Source: Spirochaetia bacterium
Lineage (GTDB): Bacteria; Spirochaetota; Spirochaetia; UBA9216
Length of the DNA: 64,000 nt
NCBI GenBank assembly: GCA_963675665.1
Contig: OY776510.1
Location: 160,001 to 224,000 of the forward strand
Direction of reading: 5' to 3'
The notes under the pieces are model-generated. The model had not been told where the DNA came from and did no database searches. It saw nothing but the letters and a program-made list of their open reading frames with translations. The position numbers and the translations under genes were made by a program. Below, piece after piece: positions 8,750 to 17,474 of this stretch (the first letter of the stretch is position 1; each line of letters opens with the position of its first letter).

Positions 8750-10276
8750 TCAGGCTCCGCAGGCAGCTAATTCTTCGCTTACCATTGGCGTAAGCAGATC
8801 TGTCTTACACAGGAACCTCTCACTGTTATCAAATTCATGAACAACTTTACCTTTTTTCAGGACAAGTATCCTGTCTGAGAGGCTTAAAATTTCTTCAAGT
8901 TCATCTGATATGAATATTATGGATGTTCCTTCTTTTGCCAGGGAATCGATAAGACTATATATCTCTTCCTTGGCACCGACATCAACACCCCTGGTCGGCT
9001 GATCCAGTATTATCACTCTTGAACCGATGGAAAGCCACTTTCCGATTACTACTTTCTGCTGGTTTCCGCCGCTTAAAAAACGGACTTCCTGTTCTTCCGA
9101 ATGACATTTTATGCAAAGGAAATCTATCATTCTGCGGATCGATTTCCGCATCGCCCCGTAATTTATAACACCATATTTCGTGCTTTTTTTCAGGGATGCA
9201 AGCGAGATATTATCCCTGATTGTTCTTTTCAAAACAAGCCCTTCTGTTTTCCGGTCTTCAGGTATAAATGCCAGTTTGGCCGACACCGCCTTTGCGGGGG
9301 AACTAACATTTATCTTTTTACCGTCGAGGATTATTTCTCCGGAGGCGGTCTCTTCAGCTCCAAAAATCATCCGCGCCAGTTCCGTTCTGCCGGAGCCGAC
9401 AACTCCCGCTATTCCCAGAACTTCTCCCTTTCTCAGGTTAAAAGACACATCCTTTACGATTCCGTTCTTCTGGGTCAACTCCTTTACCTGAAGAACGGAA
9501 TCTTCCGACAGGTTGTCCCGGATATATTTTTTCTCGGAGTCCGAACAGTGACCTATCATGCATTCAACAATCTGCTTTTTTGTAAAGTCTTCGATATTCC
9601 GGGTTGTTACATTCTTTCCGTCACGAAGCACCGTCACCCTGTCCGCCACAGTAAAGATCTCTTCAAGAAAATGTGAAATATAAATAACAGATATACCTTG
9701 ATTACTAAGATCTTTTATTACTGAAAATAATTTTTCCGTTTCGCTGATTGAAAGCGACGAAGTAGGCTCATCCATTACCACAACACTTGATTGAATTGCC
9801 ACAATTCGTGCAATAAGAACAAGCTGCTGCATTGCCGGAGATAACGATTCTACTTTCCGGTTAGCGTCAATTGGAAAACCGAGGGAATCCAGCAGCGCCT
9901 GAGCTTCCTTTCTCATCGAGGGTCTGTCGATTACAGGAATGTTTTGCCCTTTTTTTTCCCTGCCTAAAAATATATTCTCGCTTACATCGAGATTTGTTAC
10001 TAAATCCAGTTCCTGATGAATCATGGTTATGCCGTGGTTAAGTGCATCAATGGGATCATTAAAATTCAATATTTCATTTTTTAAAACAATTTCTCCAGTA
10101 TAATTAACATAGATACCGTTCAGTATTTTCATCAAGGTTGACTTTCCAGCGCCGTTTGCTCCTACAATCGCATGGACTTCCCCTCGTTTAACATCAAGAT
10201 TGACGCTGTCAAGCACCCGCACTTTATCAAATTCTTTTGTGATATTTTTCATCTGAAGAACATAACTGTCATTCAT
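8750..10276 (-). CDS. sugar (CUT2) ABC transporter ATP-binding protein
   Basis: GANGAGKST, MDEPT, second NBD with LSGGNQQKV; RbsA/MglA-like tandem NBD. Start placed at MNDSYVL. Confidence 0.93.
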   Translation of the reverse strand: MNDSYVLQMKNITKEFDKVRVLDSVNLDVKRGEVHAIVGANGAGKSTLMKILNGIYVNYTGEIVLKNEILNFNDPIDALNHGITMIHQELDLVTNLDVSENIFLGREKKGQNIPVIDRPSMRKEAQALLDSLGFPIDANRKVESLSPAMQQLVLIARIVAIQSSVVVMDEPTSSLSISETEKLFSVIKDLSNQGISVIYISHFLEEIFTVADRVTVLRDGKNVTTRNIEDFTKKQIVECMIGHCSDSEKKYIRDNLSEDSVLQVKELTQKNGIVKDVSFNLRKGEVLGIAGVVGSGRTELARMIFGAEETASGEIILDGKKINVSSPAKAVSAKLAFIPEDRKTEGLVLKRTIRDNISLASLKKSTKYGVINYGAMRKSIRRMIDFLCIKCHSEEQEVRFLSGGNQQKVVIGKWLSIGSRVIILDQPTRGVDVGAKEEIYSLIDSLAKEGTSIIFISDELEEILSLSDRILVLKKGKVVHEFDNSERFLCKTDLLTPMVSEELAACGA

Positions 10277-10289
10277 TCCAAACCTTCTT

Positions 10290-11279
10290 TTAATCTCTCT
10301 TTGTATTGGATAAACTGTCAATACCGACTGCACCGAGAATTATCATTCCGGTAATTGCTGACTGCCAGAAGGGATTAACCCCGAGCAGCTGAATAAGATT
10401 GAGTATCAGCCCCAGAATTATAGTTCCTATAACGGAACCCAGGATATTTCCGCGACCTCCTTCCAGCGAAATTCCCCCGACGATACACCCGGCTATTGCA
10501 GTAAGCTCATACCCCTGACATGCGTCCGCAGTCGCCATCAATACCCTTAAATTTAATAAAACCCCTCCGAGAGACGCTAACATTCCACAGTACATAAACG
10601 CCAGAATTCTCAGTTTTTGAGTCTTCACCCCGGAAAGCCATGATGCGTTTTCATTTCCGCCTATTGCATACAGATACTGACCGAAGGTGGTGTATCTCAG
10701 GACAAAGAACAGAACAACAGCAAGAACAATCCATATTGACGCTGAAATTGGAAAAGGTCCTATTTTTCCGAGACCAATCACGCCGTATGCCCTTGGAACC
10801 CCCATTACAGGAAAACCGTTGGTTACAATATAAATAATACCCCTTCCGATAGTCATTGTTCCCAGAGTCGTTACAAAATAGTTGATTTTAGCTTTGGTTA
10901 TTAATAGACCGTTTACAAGACCCATAATGCAGCCTACCGACAGGCCGCCTGCAACACCAATAACAAATCCGAACTCACGGAAAAGGTGTGTTGAAACTAT
11001 TGCCGTCAGCGCTGCCGTTGAGCTGACTGATAAATCAATCGCTCCAGTTATAAGAACAAAAGACATTCCCAGAGCAATGGTTCCATATACTGCATTATGG
11101 TTAAAAATATTAAAAATGTTTTCAATAGAACGAAATGTAGGTGAAATTATTCCGCTTACAATAAACATACCTATTAAAACGAAGAACATGGTATTTTCTC
11201 TTTTCTTCAACACCCTGCCGAGTCCAAGAGCGTTTTGCTTTATAAAACTACCCTCAACTCCGTTTATGATTTCTGACAC
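10290..11279 (-). CDS. sugar ABC transporter permease (RbsC-like)
   Basis: GAIDLSV, FVTTLG, YAIGGNENASWLSGV, IAGCIVGGISLEGGRG motifs. Confidence 0.93.
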   Translation of the reverse strand: MSEIINGVEGSFIKQNALGLGRVLKKRENTMFFVLIGMFIVSGIISPTFRSIENIFNIFNHNAVYGTIALGMSFVLITGAIDLSVSSTAALTAIVSTHLFREFGFVIGVAGGLSVGCIMGLVNGLLITKAKINYFVTTLGTMTIGRGIIYIVTNGFPVMGVPRAYGVIGLGKIGPFPISASIWIVLAVVLFFVLRYTTFGQYLYAIGGNENASWLSGVKTQKLRILAFMYCGMLASLGGVLLNLRVLMATADACQGYELTAIAGCIVGGISLEGGRGNILGSVIGTIILGLILNLIQLLGVNPFWQSAITGMIILGAVGIDSLSNTKRD

Positions 11280-11336
11280 TTTAGCATCTCCTTATCTCAA
11301 CCGGAAAACCGGCTTTTCCTTCATTATGCATCTAAC

Positions 11337-11369
11337 GGGAACCTCAGAACAAAGTGCTCTGAGGTTCCC
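11337..11369. terminator. intra-operon stem-loop between the binding-protein and permease genes
   Basis: GGGAACCTCAGA...TCTGAGGTTCCC, flanked by an outer aaaaccggctt/aagccggtttt pair; typical position for an mRNA stabiliser or attenuator. Confidence 0.65.
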
Positions 11370-11424
11370 TCATTAGAAGCCGGTTTTTCTGAAACCGGCC
11401 CGTTAATATACAATCTTTTGATCT

Positions 11425-12396
11425 CTACCAGGCTGCTCCATAATTCCCGATATTATCAACAGTTACTTTCGGCAAATCAGTCCAGGTCTGTTTTTCTATG
11501 TTCCTGTCTCCGTTTAGGTAGCGAACAGCCACCTCTATACCGAGATTACCCTGTTCCTGTGGATCCTGAAGAACCGTACCGTAGATTTCTCCTTCATGGA
11601 TTGAATCAACAACTTCCTGAGGCAGATCAAAACATACAATTTTACCAAGAAGTTCATCTCTTCCTGAAGACTTTACCGCTTCAACAGCGCCAAGGGCTTC
11701 GTAAGGCCCCTGCAATACGATTGCGTCAATTTCTCCCTTTTTATACTTTAAAAGGAAATTCTCAACTACAACTATTGTTTTAGCCTTATCCCAGTCTTCC
11801 GGCTGTTTTGCAAGGATATTGATACCCGGAGCATTTTTGGAAATATAATCCTCAAGCCCCTGTTCCCTCATTACCTGAGGCGAACTTCCGAGGGAGCCCT
11901 GACAGAGGACGATATTTCCATTACCAGCCAGCAATTCATCAAGGATTTCCCCCTGAATAGAGCCTCCGGTACGGTCATCACATCCTACATATGTTACTAT
12001 ATCAGGACCTTCTCCGAGCTGACGGTTTACTGTTACTATAGGAATACCCGCCGCGATGCATTTATCAGCTACAGGAACCAGTGCATCAAGCTGCGCTGCG
12101 ACAATGATAACAAGATCTTTCTTCTGAATGATAAAAGTTTCAATCTGGCTCATCTGAACATTCGGATCTGATTTTCCGTCCTGAATATCAAGATTTGCGC
12201 CCAACCTGTCTGCAGCACCTTCCATACCCTTCATCATACGAACAAAAAAGGGAATTTTGAAATCGGCCATAGCAACGCCGATGTTATACCCCTGACTGGA
12301 TGTTCCTGTATCTTCCTGTGATCCGTTTGCAAAACTAACCCCGCATACCAGCAGCATTGCAGTTGCCATCACGATTACCAGCATCTTTCTTTTCAT
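11425..12396 (-). CDS. sugar ABC transporter substrate-binding protein (RbsB-like)
   Basis: Signal peptide then ANGSQE; PFF, GIPIVTVNR, YVGCD, GTVLQDP motifs; SD AAGGAGG. Confidence 0.92.
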   Translation of the reverse strand: MKRKMLVIVMATAMLLVCGVSFANGSQEDTGTSSQGYNIGVAMADFKIPFFVRMMKGMEGAADRLGANLDIQDGKSDPNVQMSQIETFIIQKKDLVIIVAAQLDALVPVADKCIAAGIPIVTVNRQLGEGPDIVTYVGCDDRTGGSIQGEILDELLAGNGNIVLCQGSLGSSPQVMREQGLEDYISKNAPGINILAKQPEDWDKAKTIVVVENFLLKYKKGEIDAIVLQGPYEALGAVEAVKSSGRDELLGKIVCFDLPQEVVDSIHEGEIYGTVLQDPQEQGNLGIEVAVRYLNGDRNIEKQTWTDLPKVTVDNIGNYGAAW

Positions 12397-12493
12397 GCTA
12401 ATCCTCCTTAAAATAATTACCCTGCCCTGATTTTCCAGGACTTAATACTTTACGATTACCACGTCATTTCCGGAAATAATTTCTCATGGTTGA

Positions 12494-12562
12494 TGTATTA
12501 TAGATTACGTTTACATATAAGTAAAATAAATATATTTAATGTTTACTATGCATTAAACTTAT
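12494..12562 (-). promoter_or_regulatory. promoter of the ABC-GRE1 operon with LysR-type box
   Basis: TTTACT-N17-TATAAT on the minus strand; T-N11-A box (12549-12561) centred near -65; 34/44 nt identical to 19689-19732. Confidence 0.7.
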
Positions 12563-12576
12563 ACTATAATAATTAT

Positions 12577-13461
12577 ATGAACCTGGATTGGTACAGAGTA
12601 TTTTTTCAATTAGCTAAAAGCGGCAGTTTTTCAAAAGCCTCAAAGGAACTGTTTGTAACCCAGCCTGCCGTCAGTAGAACAATCGCACAACTGGAAGACT
12701 TTTTAGGGTGTGAATTATTTTACAGATCGCGTCAGGGTGTAACTTTAACAGAACAGGGAAAGGTCTTGTATGAGAACCTAGAAAATGCATTCGATTCAAT
12801 CTCAGCTGCGGAAAAAGCTATTGAAGAAATACAAACCCTGAAAAAAGGGGAAATAAAATTCGGAGCAAGCGATATTTTATTTAGAAACTATCTTGTTGAG
12901 ATTCTAAAACTGTTTAAATCGGAGTATCCTAATATAAAAATAAAAATTGTCTCACATAGTACTTCAAATATTATAAACCTGCTAAAAAGAGGAGAAATCG
13001 ATTTCGGCATAGTAAATTTACCGGTTGCTACTGACAAGAAACTAGCATTTAAACCCATCATAACAGTACAGGACTGCTTTATAGTGGGCGAAAAATATAA
13101 ACATCTGGTTGAAAAAAGAATTCATCTTAATGAATTAGTTGATTATCCTTTTATACTATTGAATAATTCAACAAATACCAGAAAACATATAAACCAGCAT
13201 TTTAAAAATAATTCCATCTCGATTATTCCTGATTTTGAATTTGGAAATACTGATTTGCTTGTAGAATTTGCAAAAAATGATTTTGGTATTGCTTATGTCT
13301 GCAAAAATTTTGTTAAACAAAATCTTGAATCAGGCCAGGTTTATGAAATAAATCTTTATGAAGAGATACCTCCACGAGAAATCAGTGTTGCCTGGTTAAA
13401 CAGCATACCTCTTTCGGTAGTGTCAAAAGCCTTTATTGAGATGCTGGATAAACCTGTATAA
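12577..13461 (+). CDS. LysR family transcriptional regulator
   Basis: GSFSKASKELFVTQPAVSRTIAQLE HTH, LFYR..GVTLTEQG; divergent from the ABC operon; TATAAT 6 nt before ATG 12577. Confidence 0.95.
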   Translation: MNLDWYRVFFQLAKSGSFSKASKELFVTQPAVSRTIAQLEDFLGCELFYRSRQGVTLTEQGKVLYENLENAFDSISAAEKAIEEIQTLKKGEIKFGASDILFRNYLVEILKLFKSEYPNIKIKIVSHSTSNIINLLKRGEIDFGIVNLPVATDKKLAFKPIITVQDCFIVGEKYKHLVEKRIHLNELVDYPFILLNNSTNTRKHINQHFKNNSISIIPDFEFGNTDLLVEFAKNDFGIAYVCKNFVKQNLESGQVYEINLYEEIPPREISVAWLNSIPLSVVSKAFIEMLDKPV

Positions 13462-13507
13462 AAACCAGGTGTGAATTATTAACAGTCCAATAAATATCTG
13501 TATCTCT

Positions 13508-14125
13508 CTAGAAATTTAAATCAAATATATCCTGCGGTTGTTTAAAAATATATTCTGCATTAATATCTGTAATTGTTTTAGCACCCCAGGATGCCAAACC
13601 GAAATCTATTTCCGCATTTATGGCACAAAGGCTGTCATACAGAGTATCTCCAATATAGATCACGGAAGACGGATCAGCTCCTGATAATTCCAAATATTTC
13701 AATAATGGAGCCGGCTGCGGTTTATGGTTTAGAGTGTCATCCACACAAACGGTATATTTAAAATATTTTTTTAAATCAAGATTATCAAATAATTTATCCA
13801 GAGCATTTCTCGTTCTGGAGGTTACAATTCCCATAGTGATGTCTTTATTATATAAGGCGTCAAGCATGTTTCTTATACCGTTAAATAAAACAAGCGATTT
13901 ACTTTCATGTCTTAAATAAAAATCCCATTCCTCCTTGGCCTGTTTAATATTCTTAATTCCCAATAGTCTCAAAGCCTCTACGCCGGGAATACCTAATACA
14001 AAAGACAATTCTTTATTTTCTTTTTTTATTCCATATTTTTCGACAACTTTACTCAATGTTGAGATAATTACATTTTCAGAATCAATCAATGTACCGTCTA
14101 CATCGAAAACAAAATTTAGATACAT
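13508..14125 (-). CDS. HAD-IA family phosphatase
   Basis: FDVDGTLID, VTS, HKPQP, YIGDTLYD motifs; SD AAGGA before ATG 14125. Confidence 0.9.
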   Translation of the reverse strand: MYLNFVFDVDGTLIDSENVIISTLSKVVEKYGIKKENKELSFVLGIPGVEALRLLGIKNIKQAKEEWDFYLRHESKSLVLFNGIRNMLDALYNKDITMGIVTSRTRNALDKLFDNLDLKKYFKYTVCVDDTLNHKPQPAPLLKYLELSGADPSSVIYIGDTLYDSLCAINAEIDFGLASWGAKTITDINAEYIFKQPQDIFDLNF

Positions 14126-14222
14126 AAAAACATCCTTATACAACAATAAACAATTGCTATAAACATATACAGGGAGTATCCGGGCGATCATAAATGATAT
14201 ATCCAATCAGGTATGAAGCTTT

Positions 14223-15164
14223 TCATTGGCCGCTGCCGCCAACACTTACCATAAACCCAAAATCCGTGAGAATATTTGCTGTTTTTGTAATCTCTTCAAG
14301 GCTTATCCCCTGCTGGTTTTTAAAACTGTAATCCTTATCCAACCCTTCCCATTTTGTCTCTCCGGCCTGATGGAAAGGCATCAGATGTATTTCCTCAATT
14401 CCCGCAGCTTTACAAAAGTTCCCCATAGTCTCAATTTCCCGTGTCGAATTGTTTACACCGGGAATTAAGGGATATCTTACAATAATCTTTTTCCCCTTGT
14501 CCACGGCATCACGTAAATTTTGCCGGATCAGCTTGTCATCAACTCCTGTATATTCTCTGTGCATATCTGCATTCGGGTGTTTAATATCAAAGAGTATTAA
14601 ATCAGCGGGAAGGATAACACGACGAAAATTTTCAGTTGAAGCATACCCACAGGTCTCTATTGTGATATGGATATCGTCTTCTTTCAGAGAAATTATAAGC
14701 TGTTCCGCGAAAATACTTTGTAAGGTTACCTCCCCGCCGGACAGCGTAACACCGCCGCCGCTGTTCATATAGAAAACAAGATCGCGACTGACAATTTCTC
14801 TGAGCTCATCAACCGTATAAAATTTCCCTATCAGCCTCCGCGCCTCCGACGGACATACTTTTGCGCACTCACCACAGTCGGTACATTTTAAACGATCAGT
14901 TATCAGTTTTTCATCACTGATGTATATTGCGTCAGATTTACAGACTTCGGCACACTTTCCACAACCGATACAGGCATCCTGATCATAAATTATTTCAGGC
15001 ATCATTCTGAACGTTTCAGGATTATGACACCATTTACACCTAAGAGGACACCCCTTGAAAAAAACTGTGGTCCGGAGCCCCGGACCGTCATGGACACAGT
15101 ATCTCTGAATATCCGAAATTACAGCAATGGTGCCGGATTTTATTCTATCTTGCTCCCTCATCAT
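14223..15164 (-). CDS. glycyl-radical enzyme activating enzyme 2 (radical SAM with ferredoxin insert)
   Basis: HDGPGLRTTVFFKGCPLRCKWCHNPET, CIGCGKC and CTDCGEC..VCP inserts, SGGE, MPFH. Confidence 0.95.
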   Translation of the reverse strand: MMREQDRIKSGTIAVISDIQRYCVHDGPGLRTTVFFKGCPLRCKWCHNPETFRMMPEIIYDQDACIGCGKCAEVCKSDAIYISDEKLITDRLKCTDCGECAKVCPSEARRLIGKFYTVDELREIVSRDLVFYMNSGGGVTLSGGEVTLQSIFAEQLIISLKEDDIHITIETCGYASTENFRRVILPADLILFDIKHPNADMHREYTGVDDKLIRQNLRDAVDKGKKIIVRYPLIPGVNNSTREIETMGNFCKAAGIEEIHLMPFHQAGETKWEGLDKDYSFKNQQGISLEEITKTANILTDFGFMVSVGGSGQ

Positions 15165-17437
15165 ATACCATGCTTTACCCTTTTTATCATAATATCCTGA
15201 TGCATCTTCGGCAGTGCGACAAAATACCCCGAATACCCCCCTATGCGCACTCTGAGCCCCTTATAAGCCTCCGGTTGTTTCTGGGCATTACGCATCATTT
15301 CCTCACTGACTCCGGTAACAGTCAAGATGTTTCCTCCCAACTCCATAAAGGAGCGGATAATTCCTGTTAGCCTTTGTATCCCTTCATCACCAGCTGCCTC
15401 ATTTGCATTAATTTGTATATCCAGCGGGCAACCGCCGAAATACGGCAGAAGATCCGGCTTGGTGCATGATAAAATAGCTGCTGTCGGACCGTTTGTATCA
15501 CAACCGACTGACGGAGAATAATTACTGGATATTGTGGTTTCTGCACTGCGTCCGTCCGGAGAAGCCCCGCAGCGACCTCCCAATTTTGCGTAATGCTCAA
15601 ATGTGCCCAACGCGAGAGGAAGCATCATCTTCGGGTCTTCCGCCTGTAAATCCTTCACATAAGCAGCTAAATCACCCAATATACGTATCATCAGCTCATC
15701 CGCATAATTATCATCGTTTCCGAATTTTAAGCCCCTTGATGCAAGTGTTTCACGAAGAACCTCATAACCTTTAAAATTTTCACTGGTAGCATTTATTATC
15801 TGCTTCATAGTGAATTTATTTTCCTCAAAAACAAATTTCCTGATTGCGGCAAGAGAATCGACGGTATTTGCCATTCCGGAGATTATAGGCGGATACATCA
15901 TATACCTGGCCCCGCCGTTCGTAATATCCAGACCGTTTTCAATACAGTCGTCAATAAATATCGACAGCATCGGGTCCGGTGCGATTGTGCTGTGCACCCC
16001 GTAGATATTTCTTCTTGTTCTGATTCCATCGCTTATCGCTTTCTTCATATGGGAAAGATAAGCATCATACAGCTGCTCAAAAGCCGTAAATTCTTTCGCA
16101 TCCCCGGTATCGAGCTCACATTCTCTTGTCTTCCGAACCAGGCTGCAGCCGTTATGAAGCGTATATTCCAGCTGTAGAAGGGATTCAATATCAACATGGT
16201 TGTGATCAGTACATCCGGGGATAAGCGTTTCCCAGCACCCGTCATTTGAATAATCGCGCGCATCCTCCAGCGGCACGCCCTTTTCGGTAAATCCCGGTAT
16301 TATTTTTTCATCATTATAAATGGCAGGTTCGCCGCTTCCCGAACGCAGTATTCGTGCACATTCCTCATATAAACGCGGTGGAGATCCTTTAAAAAACCGG
16401 ACTGACATCACTGGAGCTATCAGTTCAAGCTTATTCCATAACCGCAAGATCATATAAGTCAGCTCGTTTGTCGCATCGTTGCCATCCCTTTTCTGACCGC
16501 CGATTATTGCATTCATAAACCAGGAATTTGCTCCGATTCCGTAGTTCCCGGTTCCGGGCGCAGTAAAATACGGAGGGACCTTTTCTGAAAGATCGATAGC
16601 CTTTCCGCCCGGGGCAAAATCCGTTACCTCTGCATGGCTTTCCCAGGAATCCGGACTTGTCTGGATGCGTTCACTGAATTTTGCAAGCCAGGAGGCTAAA
16701 AGCTCTTCCGCATATTCCTGTGATATCAAACCGCTTTCAGTGTCCTCTTTATAGAAAGGATAGAAGTACTGGTCGCAGCGCCCGACAGGAATCAAATCCA
16801 TTGTGGATTGGAGGGCAATATAAACAATCCAGAAACACTGTAATGCTTCATGAAGCGTCTCCGGCGCATTTTCCGGTGTTTTTTCAAGGATCCTTGCGAT
16901 TTCCAGAAGTTCATTGCGCCTGGCTGCATCGGATTCATTCAACGATTCAAACTGCGCGATTTTAGCGTAACGTTGAGCGAAACGTTTCAGGGCATCCAGA
17001 GATATAAACATCGCTTCATATTCAGATATCTTTCTTTCATCACTTTCAAGCTTTAATTTTTCTAAAATCTTTTCACGATAACCATGCAATCCAAGCTTTA
17101 GAAGCTTCTCAAAATTTATAGGCAGATGAGCCCATACAGAGTTTACCCCGACCCCTTTTTTTGCTGCCTCCTCTTTTTCTTCAGGGGTGGCATATTCAGG
17201 GAATTCACGTCCCAGTTCGCTGCTGGCCATTCCGGCGATGCCGACAATCAATTCGTAAGGTCTGATATATGCCGGCATGTTATTTATCATTAAATCTATT
17301 GCCATTGCCTTGCGTATAACAATCGGCAAAGATCCGGCCTTTTCGTCCGTCAATACAGTGAGCTCACTGCCCCACCATTCTTTTTTTTCTTTGAAACCGT
17401 CAAACATGCTTTTTTTTATTTTTTCTATTCTGGTCAT
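15161..17437 (-). CDS. glycyl radical enzyme 2 (divergent DGCWE-type, substrate unknown)
   Basis: GRCDQY, Cys loop YSNDGCWETLIPG, KFGNDD, ASPDGR, Gly loop LRVRIGGYSGYF (Gly ~734); stop overlaps the activase 2 start. Confidence 0.92.
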   Translation of the reverse strand: MTRIEKIKKSMFDGFKEKKEWWGSELTVLTDEKAGSLPIVIRKAMAIDLMINNMPAYIRPYELIVGIAGMASSELGREFPEYATPEEKEEAAKKGVGVNSVWAHLPINFEKLLKLGLHGYREKILEKLKLESDERKISEYEAMFISLDALKRFAQRYAKIAQFESLNESDAARRNELLEIARILEKTPENAPETLHEALQCFWIVYIALQSTMDLIPVGRCDQYFYPFYKEDTESGLISQEYAEELLASWLAKFSERIQTSPDSWESHAEVTDFAPGGKAIDLSEKVPPYFTAPGTGNYGIGANSWFMNAIIGGQKRDGNDATNELTYMILRLWNKLELIAPVMSVRFFKGSPPRLYEECARILRSGSGEPAIYNDEKIIPGFTEKGVPLEDARDYSNDGCWETLIPGCTDHNHVDIESLLQLEYTLHNGCSLVRKTRECELDTGDAKEFTAFEQLYDAYLSHMKKAISDGIRTRRNIYGVHSTIAPDPMLSIFIDDCIENGLDITNGGARYMMYPPIISGMANTVDSLAAIRKFVFEENKFTMKQIINATSENFKGYEVLRETLASRGLKFGNDDNYADELMIRILGDLAAYVKDLQAEDPKMMLPLALGTFEHYAKLGGRCGASPDGRSAETTISSNYSPSVGCDTNGPTAAILSCTKPDLLPYFGGCPLDIQINANEAAGDEGIQRLTGIIRSFMELGGNILTVTGVSEEMMRNAQKQPEAYKGLRVRIGGYSGYFVALPKMHQDIMIKRVKHGI

Positions 17438-17474
17438 ATTGCTCTCCTGATGTTTAGTTTCATGCCTGCTAAGA

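Noticed and set aside
6323-17437. Calling either GRE pyruvate formate-lyase, CutC or glycerol dehydratase
   Set aside because: Neither has the PFL Cys-Cys pair, and the substrate-binding strands and gene context do not match the characterised enzymes.
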